From: Felis catus
Lineage: Eukaryota
NCBI RefSeq assembly: GCF_018350175.1
Contig: NC_058383.1
Span: 12,340,001-12,404,000 of the forward strand
Reading direction: 5' to 3'
Length of the DNA: 64,000 nucleotides
Position numbers and translations under genes: made by a program. Below, piece by piece: positions 51,606 through 64,000 of the stretch (position 1 is its first letter; each line of letters opens with the position of its first letter). The notes beneath the pieces are model-generated. The model did not search any database and had not been told where the DNA came from. It saw only the letters and a list, made by a program, of their open reading frames with translations.

Positions 51606-53169
51606 CTAATTAAAGACATGTGGATAACCCTTTAATTAGCTGGGAGTTTCCTGCTCCGGTCTATGCTGGCCTCGTCCCCCCCGAGTGTTGGCCCAATTCT
51701 GCTGAGCCCACCCACTCCTGGGGGACTGAAAACACTCCTGGGCCTTGTCACTCCGTGCTGTGACCAGTGCAGATGCCTTGATCACTGTCTGCAGCCGGAC
51801 TTGGGTCACTGCAACCTCTCAGAGTTCTCATTGAGCACGGACTTTCACTTCCCTCCACCATCGCTCTGTCACACGGGAGATACCGGTTTCGTTTGTGAAC
51901 ACGAAGGATGGCATCTGTTTGGCCCTGGGCTCCCCGTTCGAAACCTGCGACCTGGTCCTCAGTCACCGTGGTTTCTGCCCGCTCCACTGTCCCTCCTACA
52001 AAAATGACACAGCTCTGTAGTCCCCGCCCTCCTGTCTCTCTGTGTGTGCCATCAAATCACCAAACCCATTCCTGACGCAGGAGATCGTGTCCATCACCCT
52101 GTACTCGGCACAGCAGGTGGCAAGACGAACCCCAGAAGTGTAATGTCACCCGGAGGACAGCTGAATGCTCCAAACACCGCGCGAAGGGGTGGGGGGGCGG
52201 AATTCAAGACCCAAGGGAGGCTCTCATTCAGGGCCGGCCACCAGCACAGGGCAGGGAACGTTCCAGTCTCAGAAAAAGGCAGCAGCTAGGTGGTTTCAGC
52301 CCTTCATGGTCTCCCAGCCAGGATCAAATCCACACGGGGACCTGGGAGACCTTGGTTAGCAGCGAGAGAGAAGAGGGGCAAGGTGGCATTACACCTGCCC
52401 TCACCCTGATGCTCCACATGGTGGTCCCGCCTCTCGGAAAATATTCTGGAGACCCCGAACACCTTTCTCCCAGCCTCTCTTCCCCGCCCAGCTTACCCTT
52501 CGCTCATCTTTTTCACCCCGCTTTCTACATTTCCACCTTTATTAGTGACCTATTGCTGTTTAACAAACCATAAAAATTGAGTGGCTGAGAACAACAATCG
52601 TTTGCTGTTCACAATTCTGCAAGGTGCAGCTCAGCTGGCAAGTGGTTGAGCCCGTCTCGCCGGGGGCCACTCAAGCATCGGTGGTCATACAGGAGCGCCT
52701 CTAAAGCTGGACGGTGTAAGGTGGCCCCACACAGACGCCTAGGGCTCCTGGGGGCTGTTGGCTGGGGACATTCAGTTCATTTCCACGTGGCTTCTCCAAC
52801 GGGAGCGCTCACGTTGCTTACACGCTAGCAGCCACATTCCACGAGAGCAAGCCTCACGTTGGCTGAAGTCCCATCAGCCAAAGAAGGCACGTGGCCAAAC
52901 CCCCAGTCGGTGTGAGAGGGCAATACACAAGGCAAAGGTACCAGGAGTTGTGAATCACGGAGGGGGTGGGGTGGGGGGGCATGGATTTTACAATTTCCTT
53001 CACCATTTCCAGCTATCAAATAAAGTCGGGGGGAAATGCCAGGGGAGACAAAATGAAAATTTAAGTCCTCAGACATGTTTAGGTACCTACTGCGTGCCAG
53101 AGATTATGCAAATTGCCAGAGAAACCAAAGTAGGACAGGGACTCTTCCGTTAAGAAATTCACAGTCTAG

Positions 53170-56100
53170 CGGCGCCTGGGCGACTGAGTCAGTTAAGCGT
53201 CTGACTTTGGCTCAGGTCATGATCTCACGGTTCGTGGGTTCGAGTCCCGCGTCAGGCTCTGTGCTGACAGCCCAGAGCCTGGAGCCTGCTTCGGATTCTG
53301 TGTCTCCCTCTCTCTCTCCCCCTCTCCCTCCCTCCTTCTCTCTCTCTCTCTTTCTGTCTCTCCCAAAGAAACTTAAAAAATATTCTAGCAGGGACGTATA
53401 AGAAAAAAAAATCACAATACTGTGTGATAGCAACTAACCACAGGTGTAACTGACACTATAGAGGAAGTTTTTGCCTGTGTTGGGGTCATACCTATGCTAT
53501 ACAATATGCCTTGTATTTAGAATAAAATCCAAAATCTTTATGTCAGCCTAGGAGACCTAACACGAACTACTACCCCTTGATTCCCCAACCTCCTCTCCTG
53601 CCTCTGCCCCCAGAATCACCCCCCTCCCCCCGCCAGGATCCAGCCACGCTGGCCTTCTCGTGGGCCTTCAAACACCCAAAGTTCATTCCAGGCTATGACC
53701 TTGACTGAGCCCTTCCCTCTTCCTTAAGCACAAACCCCTGTCCTCAAACACCCAACCTCAGCACATCCGTCAGGGTCCATTCATAGAAAACCAGACACAC
53801 CAGGTGCTTCAACGCAGGGACTTCCGTCCTGGGAGATTCGTTACAAAGGTGTAGAAGAACCAGAAGGACAAATGGGGAACGTGAGGCAATCCAGAGGTTT
53901 GCAAACCACAGAAAGGTGCCACCATCCCCAGGGATGGAGAGACCAAGGGACGAGGTGGCATTAACTGGGAGCTGGGGCTCCAGGCAGGAGCCGAAGTGTA
54001 GAGGAAGGGTCCACACCCTGGAGAGACATAGTCACTGCAGAGTTGCCCCCCTAAAGCTGAGAGGGAAGGGGGCCCACACATCGATCGTCTCTTTTCCTAC
54101 CCTCCAGACCCCTGCCGGTGCCTCCCAAATCAAAGCCTGAAGCCAGAAGCCAGTGTGAAAGGGAGCCTGGGAGTTGTAGTTTACAGGGGTCTGTTCCTTG
54201 CTATGCAGAGCGGAGGTCGGGGAGGGTGGGCAAGAAATTGGACAGCAAACTGGCAAATGCCCTCCGTGTCACTGACTCCCGCTCGCCCTGCAGGCTCCGC
54301 TTTGGGTCACCTCCAAGGAGCCTTTCCTTGGGAACCCTTAAGTCAGTCTCTCCCCATCCTCTATGGCAAAGCCAGCCGGCTCATTCCCTGCCTAGCCTTC
54401 GACGGTCGGGGATGCATTTGCCGAACCCACGGCCAGATACTATTAGAATGGCCAAAATCCGGAGCACGGACAACGCCGAACGCCGGCCGGCACGTGGGGC
54501 CGCTGGAACTCTCTCGCACAGCCGGTGGGAATGCAAAATGGAACCGCCACCTCGGAAGACAGTTTGGTGGCTTCTTGTAAAATTCAACGTGCTCTTCCCC
54601 CTATGATCCGGCGTCACGCTCCAAAGCCGCCCAATTCTGATCTGTTCTGGGTTGACTGCAGGACCCGCATGCAGCTCGCGTTGGCACACACGTGGGGACA
54701 GCTGAGGGGTCACCACCTTGCCTCCTCCGCCTTCACCCCCAACCCAGAGTTAAAAGAAATATGACTCTAGCTCTAGATGCTTCGCCATTGGCGGTGGAAG
54801 TCACGCAACTCCTACCTGGTTCTAGCCCAGAGCACGTAGGTGCCTCATCCGGACATCTCGTTCCAAGGTCAGCCTTGGCAGAATATCCTGATTATGATTT
54901 GAGCAGCTGGGATGAGTCACACTTTTTTTTTTTTTAATATTTGAAAATTTTGTGCATGATCTGAGAAAAAAAAATCAAATGCCAACTTCAGATGAACGAG
55001 CGAAATGTATTCCTTAAAAAGTTAAACAGACAGGGGCCCCCCGGGGGGTTCAGTCGGTTGAGCGTCTGAATCTTGATCTCAGCTCGGGTGACGATCTCAC
55101 GGTTCGTGGGACTGAGCCCCGCGTTGGGCTCTGTGCTGACAGAGCCGACCCTGCTTGGGATTCTCTCTCTTCCTCTGTCTTTGCTCCTTCCCTGCTCCCG
55201 CACGAGTGCTCTCACTCTCTCTCTCTCTCTCTCTGTTTCTCAAAAGTAAATAAATCAACTTAAAACAAAGGGAAACACAGAGTTACCCTATGTCTCAGCA
55301 ATTCCACTCACGGGTGTATTCCGGAGAGATTGAGGATTTACGTCTGCACGAGGATTCGTACGTGCGTGTTCAGAACAGCACTATTCACAATGGGAAGAGG
55401 TGGAAACAGCCCGACTGTCCCTCAAATGATGAATGGACAACAAAATGGGGTGTATCTATACAGTGGAATATTACTTGGCTATGAAAAAAAGAGGGGAAAT
55501 GCACCGATACATACTACAGCATGAATGACCCCCGAAAACCATGCTAAGTGAAAGAAACCAGACACAAAGAGCACATGTTATATGACTCCACCCCCATGAG
55601 AGGTTCAAAAGAGGCAAAGCCACAGAGGCAGAAAATCAATCAGTGTCGGCAGGGGCCAGGGGAGTGGGGATAGAGAGACTGCTCACGCGTACAGGTTTTC
55701 TTTGGGGGGCGATGAAAATGTTCTAGAATTAGATAGTGGTTATGGTTGCACAGCTTTGTGACGATACCCTCCCCCCCCAATAACTGATTATATTCCTACG
55801 AAATGGTGAATTTTGTGGTGTGTGAATTATATTTCAAATTACAAATCTTTAAGAGGCAGGGGCACCTGGCAGGCTCAGTCAGCAGATGTGCGACTCTTAA
55901 TCTTGGGGCCATGAGTTCGAGCCCCACTTTGGGTGTAACGACTACTTTCAAAAATTGTTATCCTACTAATGTTTTAAATTTATTTTTTGTAATTTTTTTT
56001 AATCTTTACTTGTTTTTGAGAGAGAGAGAGAGAGACAGAGTGCAAGGCGGGGAGGAACAGAGAGAGAAGACACACAGAATCCAAAGCAGGCTCCAGGCTC

Positions 56101-56206
56101 TGAGCTGTCAACACAGAGCCCGACGCGGGGCTCGAACTCACGAACCGTGAGATCATGACCTGAGCCGATGTCGGAGGCCCAACCGACTGAGCCACCCAGG
56201 CGCCCC
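53170..56206. mobile_element. Repeat-dense block: SINEs 53170-53390 +, 55032-55260 +, 55858-55950 +, 55985-56206 -; L1M 3' fragments about 54440-54600 and 55270-55840 +; degenerate LTR about 53770-54260
   Basis: Recognisable SINE and L1 3' text; LTR family not resolved. Confidence 0.7.
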
Positions 56207-56601
56207 GATGTTTTAAATTTAAATAACGCTTCAGAGTTTATAGAATATTTTAATGTAACTAAAGGAATATGTCATTAAATCCTGGGTTAAATTCAGACTC
56301 AGTAAGTATTTATCCACCATCGAACCAATTTTTGCATCTTGCACAAATACTGCCTCAGAAAAAGAGTGTACTCATTGTTTGAATAAAAGAAATAGTATAC
56401 CTCATTTTACCCCCATGCTTTATCGTTCTCAAAATACCTCCACTTAAAATAGTTGATCTTCACAAAATTCCTCGGAGTAGAAAAGATAGACACAATTCTT
56501 CCTATATTTCAAATAAAAAATGGGGGCTCCAAGAGGTTGAGATGGAATTTGAACTAGGTCTCCTGGCTTTTAGCCTTCCTTCTACACAACCAGCTGTCTA
56601 C

Positions 56602-56773
56602 CGGGTGAATCAGTTGGGGCTGATATAATCGCAATAATTTGGCCAATTCGGCAATGCTGTTTTGTTATCCAGCTAGAACCTTCTTTTCTTTCTTTCTTTT
56701 TCTCTTTCTTTCTTTCTTTTTTTCTTTCTTTCTTTCTCCCTTCCTTCCTCCTTCCTTCCTCCCTCCCTCCCTC

Positions 56774-56827
<54 letters not shown>

Positions 56828-57368
56828 CTTCCTTCCCTCCCTTCCCTCCCATCCTTCCCTTCTTTCTCTTCCTTCCCTTCCTTCCCTCCTTCCTTCCTTC
56901 TCTCTTTCTTCCTTTGAACCGCTTGCTAACAAAAGCACGTTCCAACAGGAATGCTCCTAAGTTAATCATTATTTTTTCCAGCATGGAATCGAAATATTCC
57001 AATGACTCGTTTTACGGACAACACATCCACAAGTGAAGTAGGGAAATGACCCCTGGTTCTCCTCGGCGTCAACATTCTTCATCTAACTTGGGGGCTGGGT
57101 TGGCAATGGGGCACATTCCTGGACTGTGTCCTTGTCTCTAGAAACAGCCCAGCGAAGGCAGGCGAGCCTCTCATCTCCCCGTTCGGGATTACAGGAAGGA
57201 AAAGGAAGATTTCGGATCGCTCGCAGGCATCCCACCCCAAAGATCATATTTCCCTTTGTGTTTTCACAGCCGGGAAATCCCTCTTCAAATCTAAGTAAAT
57301 CCTTCCTTCTCTTCTCTAAGCCCCTCATCTTGTTCTGTTTTCCAGGAGGAGAGAGGACAGCTGGGTTC
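56602..57368 (-). pseudogene. Candidate pseudoexon interrupted by a purine microsatellite
   Basis: gtcttctcag|GAA acceptor; protein-like ...NESLEYFDSMLEKIMINLGAFLLERAFVSKRFKG before the repeat and QNSIAELAKLLRLYQPQLIHP after it; donor uncertain. Confidence 0.4.
56681..56912. repeat. Compound (TTTC)n/(TTCC)n microsatellite
   Basis: About 230 bp, essentially pure polypyrimidine on the plus strand. Confidence 0.97.
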
Positions 57369-58061
57369 CTGAGAAGACACAACCCCCGAAATCTGCCCAC
57401 CCCAGCAGGCGGGGGATTTCAAAGATGTCAGTGTCAGACATCTGAGTGTTAATGACCTTCCCGTGGCTCCCACATCGATGTGGATGGGTGCGAAGCCAAG
57501 CTGGCTCAGTGTGACAGGACGAGGAAGCAGAAAACAGGCCACGGGCTCCCCAGAAGGTGCCAACATCACCCCAGATTCTCACATGTTGCTCATTACCATC
57601 CCAGCGCTCTGCCCTCGGCGCCCCCCGGATCCCCACACCCAGACAACCACGCGGCCCAACAAACACACACGCAAAGAGAAACTCTGGGTTTGCCCACCTA
57701 CCCGCTCCCTCAGCTCTCCCACCCCCCCCCCTCCTTCCCACCCGGATCCATTTATCTCCTTGGCTGTTAGACCTTCCCTCCTCCCTTGGTCCAAAATGGA
57801 AGCTTCCTCCCTAAAGCCACGTGTCTTGTCCGTTGCCTCGCCCAGAGCTGGGGTTCTCAGGACGGCTTTGCGCAACCAACACGCATTCATGTGGCCCGTG
57901 GTATTCCTCCGCGGTTGACAGGGACCGGGAGAACAGAGTCTGTCTGTGTTACTCGTCACTGCCAGGAAGACTTAGGGACCGGCAGATGCGGAGCCAACAT
58001 TCCGTATGCGTTTGGCACCCCCCGACCAAGGATGCAGAAGAAAACCTTGAGAGTTGGTTAC

Positions 58062-58103
58062 TGGCCTTGTCACAAAACCCATCACGGGAAAGAGAACATT
58101 TAG
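58062..58103 (-). pseudogene. Candidate pseudoexon (42 nt)
   Basis: tctcactccag|CTA...CCA|gtaacc; LNVLFPVMGFVTRP, phase 0-0, matches the previous donor phase. Confidence 0.35.
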
Positions 58104-58341
58104 CTGGAGTGAGATCATAAGTATGGGCACAGTAATACAAATATACGGTGAAAGATGTAGGATCAAATTATATAATAAATATAATGACCTACTAAATACA
58201 GATCATAGATAGAAAAAACTAGATCATAAAAATCCAGTCTAGTTAGCCGGAGACAGTTCTGGACCCCAGCTGCTGGGGAGCTAGGGTTGTTGGAGAATTA
58301 GAGCTGCACAACCCTGGTCCCCAGGCTCCTCTTAAGGACCT

Positions 58342-58372
<31 letters not shown>

Positions 58373-58824
58373 TTATTTATTTCTGAGACAGAGAGAGACA
58401 GAGCATGAGTGGGGGAGGGGCAGAGAGAGAGGGGGACACAGAATCTGAAGCAGGCTCCAATCTCTGAGCTGTCAGCACAGAGCCCGACGCGGGGCTCGAA
58501 CTCACGGACCGCGAGCCGAAGTCGCACGCTTAACCGACGGAGCCCCCAGGCGCCCCTTAAGGACCTTTAAAATCTCCACCCTGCTCCTTCTTCTGCAAAT
58601 GGACCGCTATGGTGAGCAGTCGGGTCCCAGGCTCCAGGCCTTCAGCCCCTGGGGCCCCACACGGAGATCTAGATTAGGGACGGGCAAAGAGCCTTGTAAT
58701 AAGGGGTTCTGACCCTTCCACAGGACAGAGGGGCCATCGCCCTGTAATCCCATACACAATTCAGGGGAAACTCCCCAGAAAGCCACCAAATGTTCATATG
58801 TCACCAACTTGGGCAATCACTTAC

Positions 58825-59333
58825 CGTTTTGCAGTTAAATCGGCTCAGGAGTAACTGAGCAGCCAAGGGCAAAAGTGTGCTTTCAGCCATATGGCAGGCA
58901 TTCCCAACGATGTCAACAGAAAATTGCACGTGAGTACCCGCGAGGCAAGGCTCGTCCCCGGGACGGGTTCCACGGTTTCGCCACCATAAAGGGAAGCGGG
59001 AAAGCGTGGGAACTAAGGACGTTGGTATAAAGCCATCATTTCCGGACGCACGTAGACAGACTTGGTGGGTGGGGTTCACAGTTCATTGCAGCCTATTCCT
59101 CCACTCTGTCCAATTTCTGGGGGGAACAGAAGACAGAGCCTGTCTTGCGAAAGCTTCATTTTCAAATTCCCTTTTGCGCCTCGAGATTCTGCTCGTAGCA
59201 AAGAGACACTCCAGAATAGTATCTGTTCTGAGCCAGGAAATGCAGATCCCCGGTCTGCTGACAATCACGTGGAAGAATGCGCAAGGTCTGAAGTACAAAA
59301 TCCACCATCGTAAGGTCTGCGGTCCCGAGGTGA
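58825..59333 (-). pseudogene. Candidate pseudoexon (about 510 nt, frameshifted)
   Basis: Acceptor ttctctgtctcatcag|TCA, strong donor ACG|gtaagt; ends ...ESTLLPLAAQLLLSRFNCKT in phase 0. Confidence 0.5.
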
Positions 59334-62300
59334 CTGATGAGACAGAGAAGTAACTCGCTGAACGCAAGACGCACAGAGCACGCCTTCTATCAAGTGTAGG
59401 CACTTGTGCAACGAGGAGGCGAGTGGATGCCCAGCGGCCCCTTCACCCAGGTAGAACTGGCTCCGGGTCACCAGATAGCAGCCGGTGCATGTGGCAGCCC
59501 GGGCCGGAGCCCATCCAGCACGTTGCTGAGAACATGTGATACCCCCGATGACTAAGAGTCATCACTCCTAGGTCACGACGACCCTGATTTTCACTCCGTG
59601 TGCACGAAATAGACCCCTTAGCCTCAAGGCCGGTTCCATCAAAGGCTGGGTGTAGATTACAGATTCAGGGAGGAGGAAAGACATTGCATCTTGCAGTTAG
59701 TTACTCCCGTGGGCTCTGCGGATGGGATTGTCCCATCAATTTCATAAGCAGGAGGGAGGCCAACTGGGGGACAGTCGGAAGGGAAACAGAGAATTCATGG
59801 GAAAAAGGCAGAGGCTTCAGAAGAACCCCTCACTGGGTTCACCATAGCATTGTTTGCTGGGGGAAGAGTGAGCTAAACCAGGGAGGGGCGGGGGGCGGGG
59901 GAGGGGGGCGGCAAGCAGAATAATCTCCACAATAGCAAAAATGAGAGCTCACCCGTTTGGAGTGCTCCCTGTGCGCGATGCGCTCAGCCAAGTGCTTGAT
60001 GCACGGTCTCGCACTGCTGGTGGATTTCAACTCCCCACCGTCCCCGTGCGGTAGGTGGTACCGTTACTCTCATTCCACAGACGAGGCAAGTGAAGTTATA
60101 TAGTGTAGAGAAGGTGGTATAAACCGAGAGCATCAGCCAGGAGCTACCGGTGGATGAGTCCACCCGCCTGGTGGCCCGCGTTAGCAAGCTCTAATCGTGG
60201 TCGCAGAAAAAAAAAAAAAAACAAAACATTTATTGAGCAATGACCTTCCCGTAGTCCATGCCTCGTGGGACTCTTATGACAAGCCTGAGGTACGAGCACC
60301 GGGACAGAGGCTCAGAGAGCGCGTTGCCTCCGCTCACGTCGCCGGGAATCGGGAGAACCACTCACTCAGGCACCGTTCAAGCTCGGGCCGTCTGCTTACA
60401 GAGCTCAGCTGCCTCCCAGAGCCGGGCTGCTTAACCACTGCCCGGTTCATCCGTTCTTGAAACGCTCGTGCGTTGACCATCTGGGGTTGAAGCCTCAAGT
60501 CCCAGAGCCTTGAGTGAGCCCCGCAGGGGAATGACAGAAGACCGTGTCTACACTGGGAAGGACTGTTCCCGTGAGTGGCCCGGCCTGGCAGAGGCAGGGA
60601 TACCCCGGATTAAAGGGCAGGGCAGGGACCGAACCATCAGATTGAAAGGAGCGAGCAGGAGGCGTGCCGGGGGGTGCCCACATCAGGGAAGCGGATTGAA
60701 GTGAAGCAGAGGGCCGGGCGGTCAGGTGGCACACTTAGTCCCCAGAGGGCATCAGCGGATGCCCGGGCTGGAGCTGGGGCTGGAGCCGACACCCGGGCAG
60801 ATGCCCCTTGCAGAACTGTCAGGGTTCATTAACAGCTCGCTTTCTGACTTCTTTGCCAATTTAGGAAGATTCCTCGTTCCAGCTCTTTTTGCCTTTCCTG
60901 CTTCCATTTTCCCCTTCCGGTAACAAGACAGGTGCAGTCCTAAGGATGCTTTAGCGGCGCGACGGATAAGAGAAAGCCTCGGGTTAATTTTTCCACAGAT
61001 GAGGATGTGACATTGCTGCCGCATAAGGGAGCAGAGGGGGACTTGGAAAGGTGCTGAGTAAATAGAAAGGCTGCATGTGACCCGCGACGCTGCGCAGCCC
61101 GCGACGTCTTCACGGAGCAAGGCTTTGAAGCAGGCTCTCCTGCAAGCATTTGCTTCTTTGCCAGAACAGAGCATTTGAGAGCCAAGATTAAGCAAAGATC
61201 TTGACCAGACGGTTAAACGCAGTCGGTGCTCGCAAACTGGAGAGCCGGGATCACCATAAGGAGAAGGCGGCCGCTGCTCCCAGGAACGTGGTGGGGGAAT
61301 TTGAAGTCTCCGCTCACGGAATGAATGGCTTCGGGTTCCCAGGGCGGACGCGTGTGGTAAGCTAATGACCGCTTTTCAAATAAGTCGCCCCCCCCCCTTT
61401 TTTTAAATGCACCTGCCACGCAAACCATCCCTCACCTCATTCAATCAGGCGCGGGTGTTCCAAAGGGCACCTCGGAATCCGGCGCGGCCCAGGGCCTTCA
61501 CCCCTGCCTCCCCGTTGCCTGGTTTCAGCCCAGCGGCCAGAATGATGCTTCGAAAGTGGGACCAGCTCGTGTCGCTCTGTGTCCCAAATCCTCCAAAGCC
61601 TCCCTTTATCAGTCAAAGCAAAATCCAAAGGCCCGACTCAGATTTCCAAGACTGTCTACTCTCACCTCCTTACCTCTGATCTCTCTCTCTCTCTATCTCT
61701 CCTTCTCCTCCTCCTTCCCCTCCTCCCCCTCCCTCTCCTCCTCCTTCTCCCCCTTCTTCTTCTCTGTCTCTGCCTCTCTCTCTACCCCTGCCCCATGCGC
61801 TTCCTGGAACAGACTCCCTGCGCACTCCGTTTGCTTTCACTGCTCCCTCCCCAGAGAACGGCTCATCGCGACCCCGGTTTCAGCATAATTTCTTCCTTCT
61901 CCTCATGGAGATCTGGACACAAGTGTCCCCTTAGCAGTGACTCCTTCTCTAGCTTCTATAACAGCCCCGCTGAAACCAGCACAGTTCTCCCGCCCCGCCG
62001 ACGCACGCAGGTGCACGTGCGTCCGGATCTCCTTGACCCCTTGCTCTCCTCCGCGTCACTGACCTAACACTGCATCCTTCTGTTGTTTCTTTACCCCTGG
62101 TACCTCCCCCAAGAGGGCCAGGCTTGGTCCATTTCCTTCACTGCTAAATCCCTGGCGCCTAAGGACAGGGCCTAGAATATGGTTGATGCCCCCTGAATAT
62201 CGTTGAATTATTTTTTTTGGTAATTTTTGATGTTTATTTATTTTTGAGAGAGAGAGAGACGGAATGCCAGCAGGGGAGGGGCACAGAAGGAGGGAGACAC

Positions 62301-62817
62301 AGAATCCGCAGCAGGCTCCAGGCTCCGAGCTGTCAGCACAGAGCCCCACACGGGGCTCGAACTCTCGAGCCTTCGATCTGTGAGATCATGACCTGAGGCA
62401 AAGATGGATGCTTAGCTAACTGAGCCACCCAGGCGCCCCTAAATATTGTTGAATTATTAATGCCTATGCCCGCCACACAAAAGGTGCTTGAAAACTTCAA
62501 GTTCTTGGGGCGCCTTGCTATAAGCACTGGCCGTTTTATATTTTCTGTATTTACCCAAAGACCCTCCTTAGACAGAGAGTTCCCCAGGGCAGGAGTTATG
62601 TTTTTTTCACAGGCAACATACAATGGTTAGCACCTATCAAGTACTAGGCCAGCCGTTTATGGTATGGGGATAAGATACAATGTTGATTTAAGGCTGCTGC
62701 CACATTTTTGGGCAAGGTGGGCCACGCCCATAAGGTTGTGTAGTGCGCAACATGCACAATGGTACATAACAGTCCTGCCACGGTGATCAATCAATGACCA
62801 ATTCCAATCGGTCATAC

Positions 62818-63130
62818 CTTCCAATGCCTCTCTCCCCTATCCTTTTGCTGCACTGCTGGTGACCTAGTCTGTGTCTAATTAAATAATGTCCTTGGATTGT
62901 TGTTTTATAGTCGTATGATGGCCACGTAAAGGTGCCTGGCAAGGACTGCAATTGACCGAGGACCTTGACTGCTTGCCTAACCTGTGTTCCCCACCAATGA
63001 TTGACTGAGCATAGCGGTCCCACCAGGAAGCTCGTTGTCTAAGGAGATACACAGGCCTGTTCCTGGGAGATACATACTCCTCCAACGGCCGACTGTCCCC
63101 AGGCCTCCTCGGTAGCTTTTCCAAACCTTC
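62818..63130 (-). pseudogene. Candidate pseudoexon (313 nt)
   Basis: gtcttag|GAAGGT ... GGAAG|gtatga; EGLEKLPRRPGDSRPLEEYVSPRNRPVYLLRQRASWWDRYAQSIIGG..., stops only near the end. Confidence 0.35.
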
Positions 63131-64000
63131 CTAAGACTACACAGCGGTCTGGGATGCTGTCAGCCCGCCCTCCCTCCTTTGCTCATGGTCCCCTGGCTCC
63201 CCCGGGCTTCTCACAGGTGTTTCTGCTATAAAATCCCCGCGCGTGTAATCCTGTCTCCACTTCTGCTTCCCGGACGACCGGGCCCAACACCCCTTTCTCG
63301 CCGTGCCGCTCTAGTTTCAATGCCCTGCACGACCCCCAAATGGAGCGAGCTTCCCAGCAAGAAAATTCGATCAGGTTTCTCCCCTACTCCCAATTCTTAG
63401 CTGGCTATCCATCCATCACTCACAGGAGAAGAGCTAACCTGCCGATGTGACATATGAGCGTATGAGGCCCTTCGTGCGCGAGTCCTTGCTGACTTTTCCA
63501 GCCCCTCTCAGCCTCCACGCCTTGCATGTGATATTCCCGTGATGCCAAGATGTCATAGTTCCCCCCAAGGGCCGTGCTTCCCCGGGCTGCTTTATTCTTA
63601 ACACATTTTCCCTCTGCCCAAAGAGCCACCCTATGCCAACCTTCCATGGCCCCTACACGCGTGCACACACACACACACACACCCCACTGTGTGTGTGTCC
63701 GAGACCCCACTCCAGTGGTGTGCACTCCATAGAGCCCTGCACATGCCTGCCGGGCTGACTCACGTCCTGAGCTCTAAACTCTGGAGAAGCTTTTTTTTTT
63801 TTTTTTAAATGTTTATTTATTTCGAGAGAGACAGAGTGAGGGAGAGCAGGGGAGGGGCAGAGAGAGAGAGAGAGAATCCCAAGCCGACTCTGCACTGGCA
63901 GCACGGAGCCCGACACGGGGCTCAAACTCACGAATCCTGAGATCACGGCCTGAGCCGAAACCAAGAATCAGACGCTCAACTGACTGAGCCCTCCCGGTGC

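Larger units (their letters stand above)
15558..63130 (-). pseudogene. Candidate unitary pseudogene: decayed multi-exon gene for a large protein of unknown identity (may extend past both coordinates)
   Basis: Chain of pyrimidine-AG / GT-bounded minus-strand segments in non-repeat DNA, mostly phase-compatible, with one low-stop frame and scattered nonsense codons or frameshifts. TE excision restores frames. Individual exons are listed below. Confidence 0.7.
58340..64000 (-). mobile_element. Three CAN-SINEs: 58340-58556, 62210-62440, 63790-64000
   Basis: SINE consensus on minus; the 58340 copy has a (TTA)n tail and TSD ttaaggaccttta. Confidence 0.9.

Noticed and set aside
56582..57002. KERKKE-rich and FLSF-rich ORFs
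   Set aside because: Stop-free translation of the (TTTC)n/(TTCC)n microsatellite.
57230..58960. Motif echoes: GREB1-like AQLLLSRFN, Fic-like NFLLTSLGMP, TBC-like IYLDLKRDFP
   Set aside because: Short Leu-rich matches without the catalytic motifs or correct order. They point to different families, so none is supported.
60752..61195. 147-aa minus-strand ORF as another pseudoexon
   Set aside because: Right strand, but no convincing splice boundaries, and GC-rich sequence makes long ORFs likely by chance. Left uncalled.
59300..61560. CpG-rich stretch and G-run (59881-59911) as a promoter CpG island
   Set aside because: CpG is raised diffusely across much of the window, including inside repeats. 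No first exon or core promoter can be supported from sequence alone.
1..64000. Many ORFs with GAWVAQSVKRPTSAQV, RERGRHRI or EPGACFRFCVSLSL peptides
   Set aside because: These are translations of CAN-SINE copies. The tRNA-like heads are SINE parts, not tRNA genes.

Overview
Mammalian nuclear DNA from a cat-family (Felidae) genome, judged from dozens of felid-type tRNA-derived CAN-SINEs. It also carries carnivore L1 pieces, older L1M/L2/MIR, MLT LTRs, MER DNA-transposon relics and microsatellites. I see no intact protein-coding gene, RNA gene or prokaryotic system, and most ORFs in the track come from repeats or chance. The main signal is in the unique sequence between repeats. On the minus strand there is a chain of about 20 AG/GT-bounded segments from about 63 kb down to at least 15.5 kb, possibly the whole window. 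They mostly join in compatible phase, have few stops in one frame and translate to protein-like sequence broken by stops and frameshifts. Removing an MLT2 LTR, an L1 and a SINE at their target-site duplications restores an open frame each time. I read this as the fossil (candidate unitary pseudogene) of a large multi-exon gene that I cannot name. All translations and coordinates were done by eye, and repeat names are from recall of consensus sequences, not a search.
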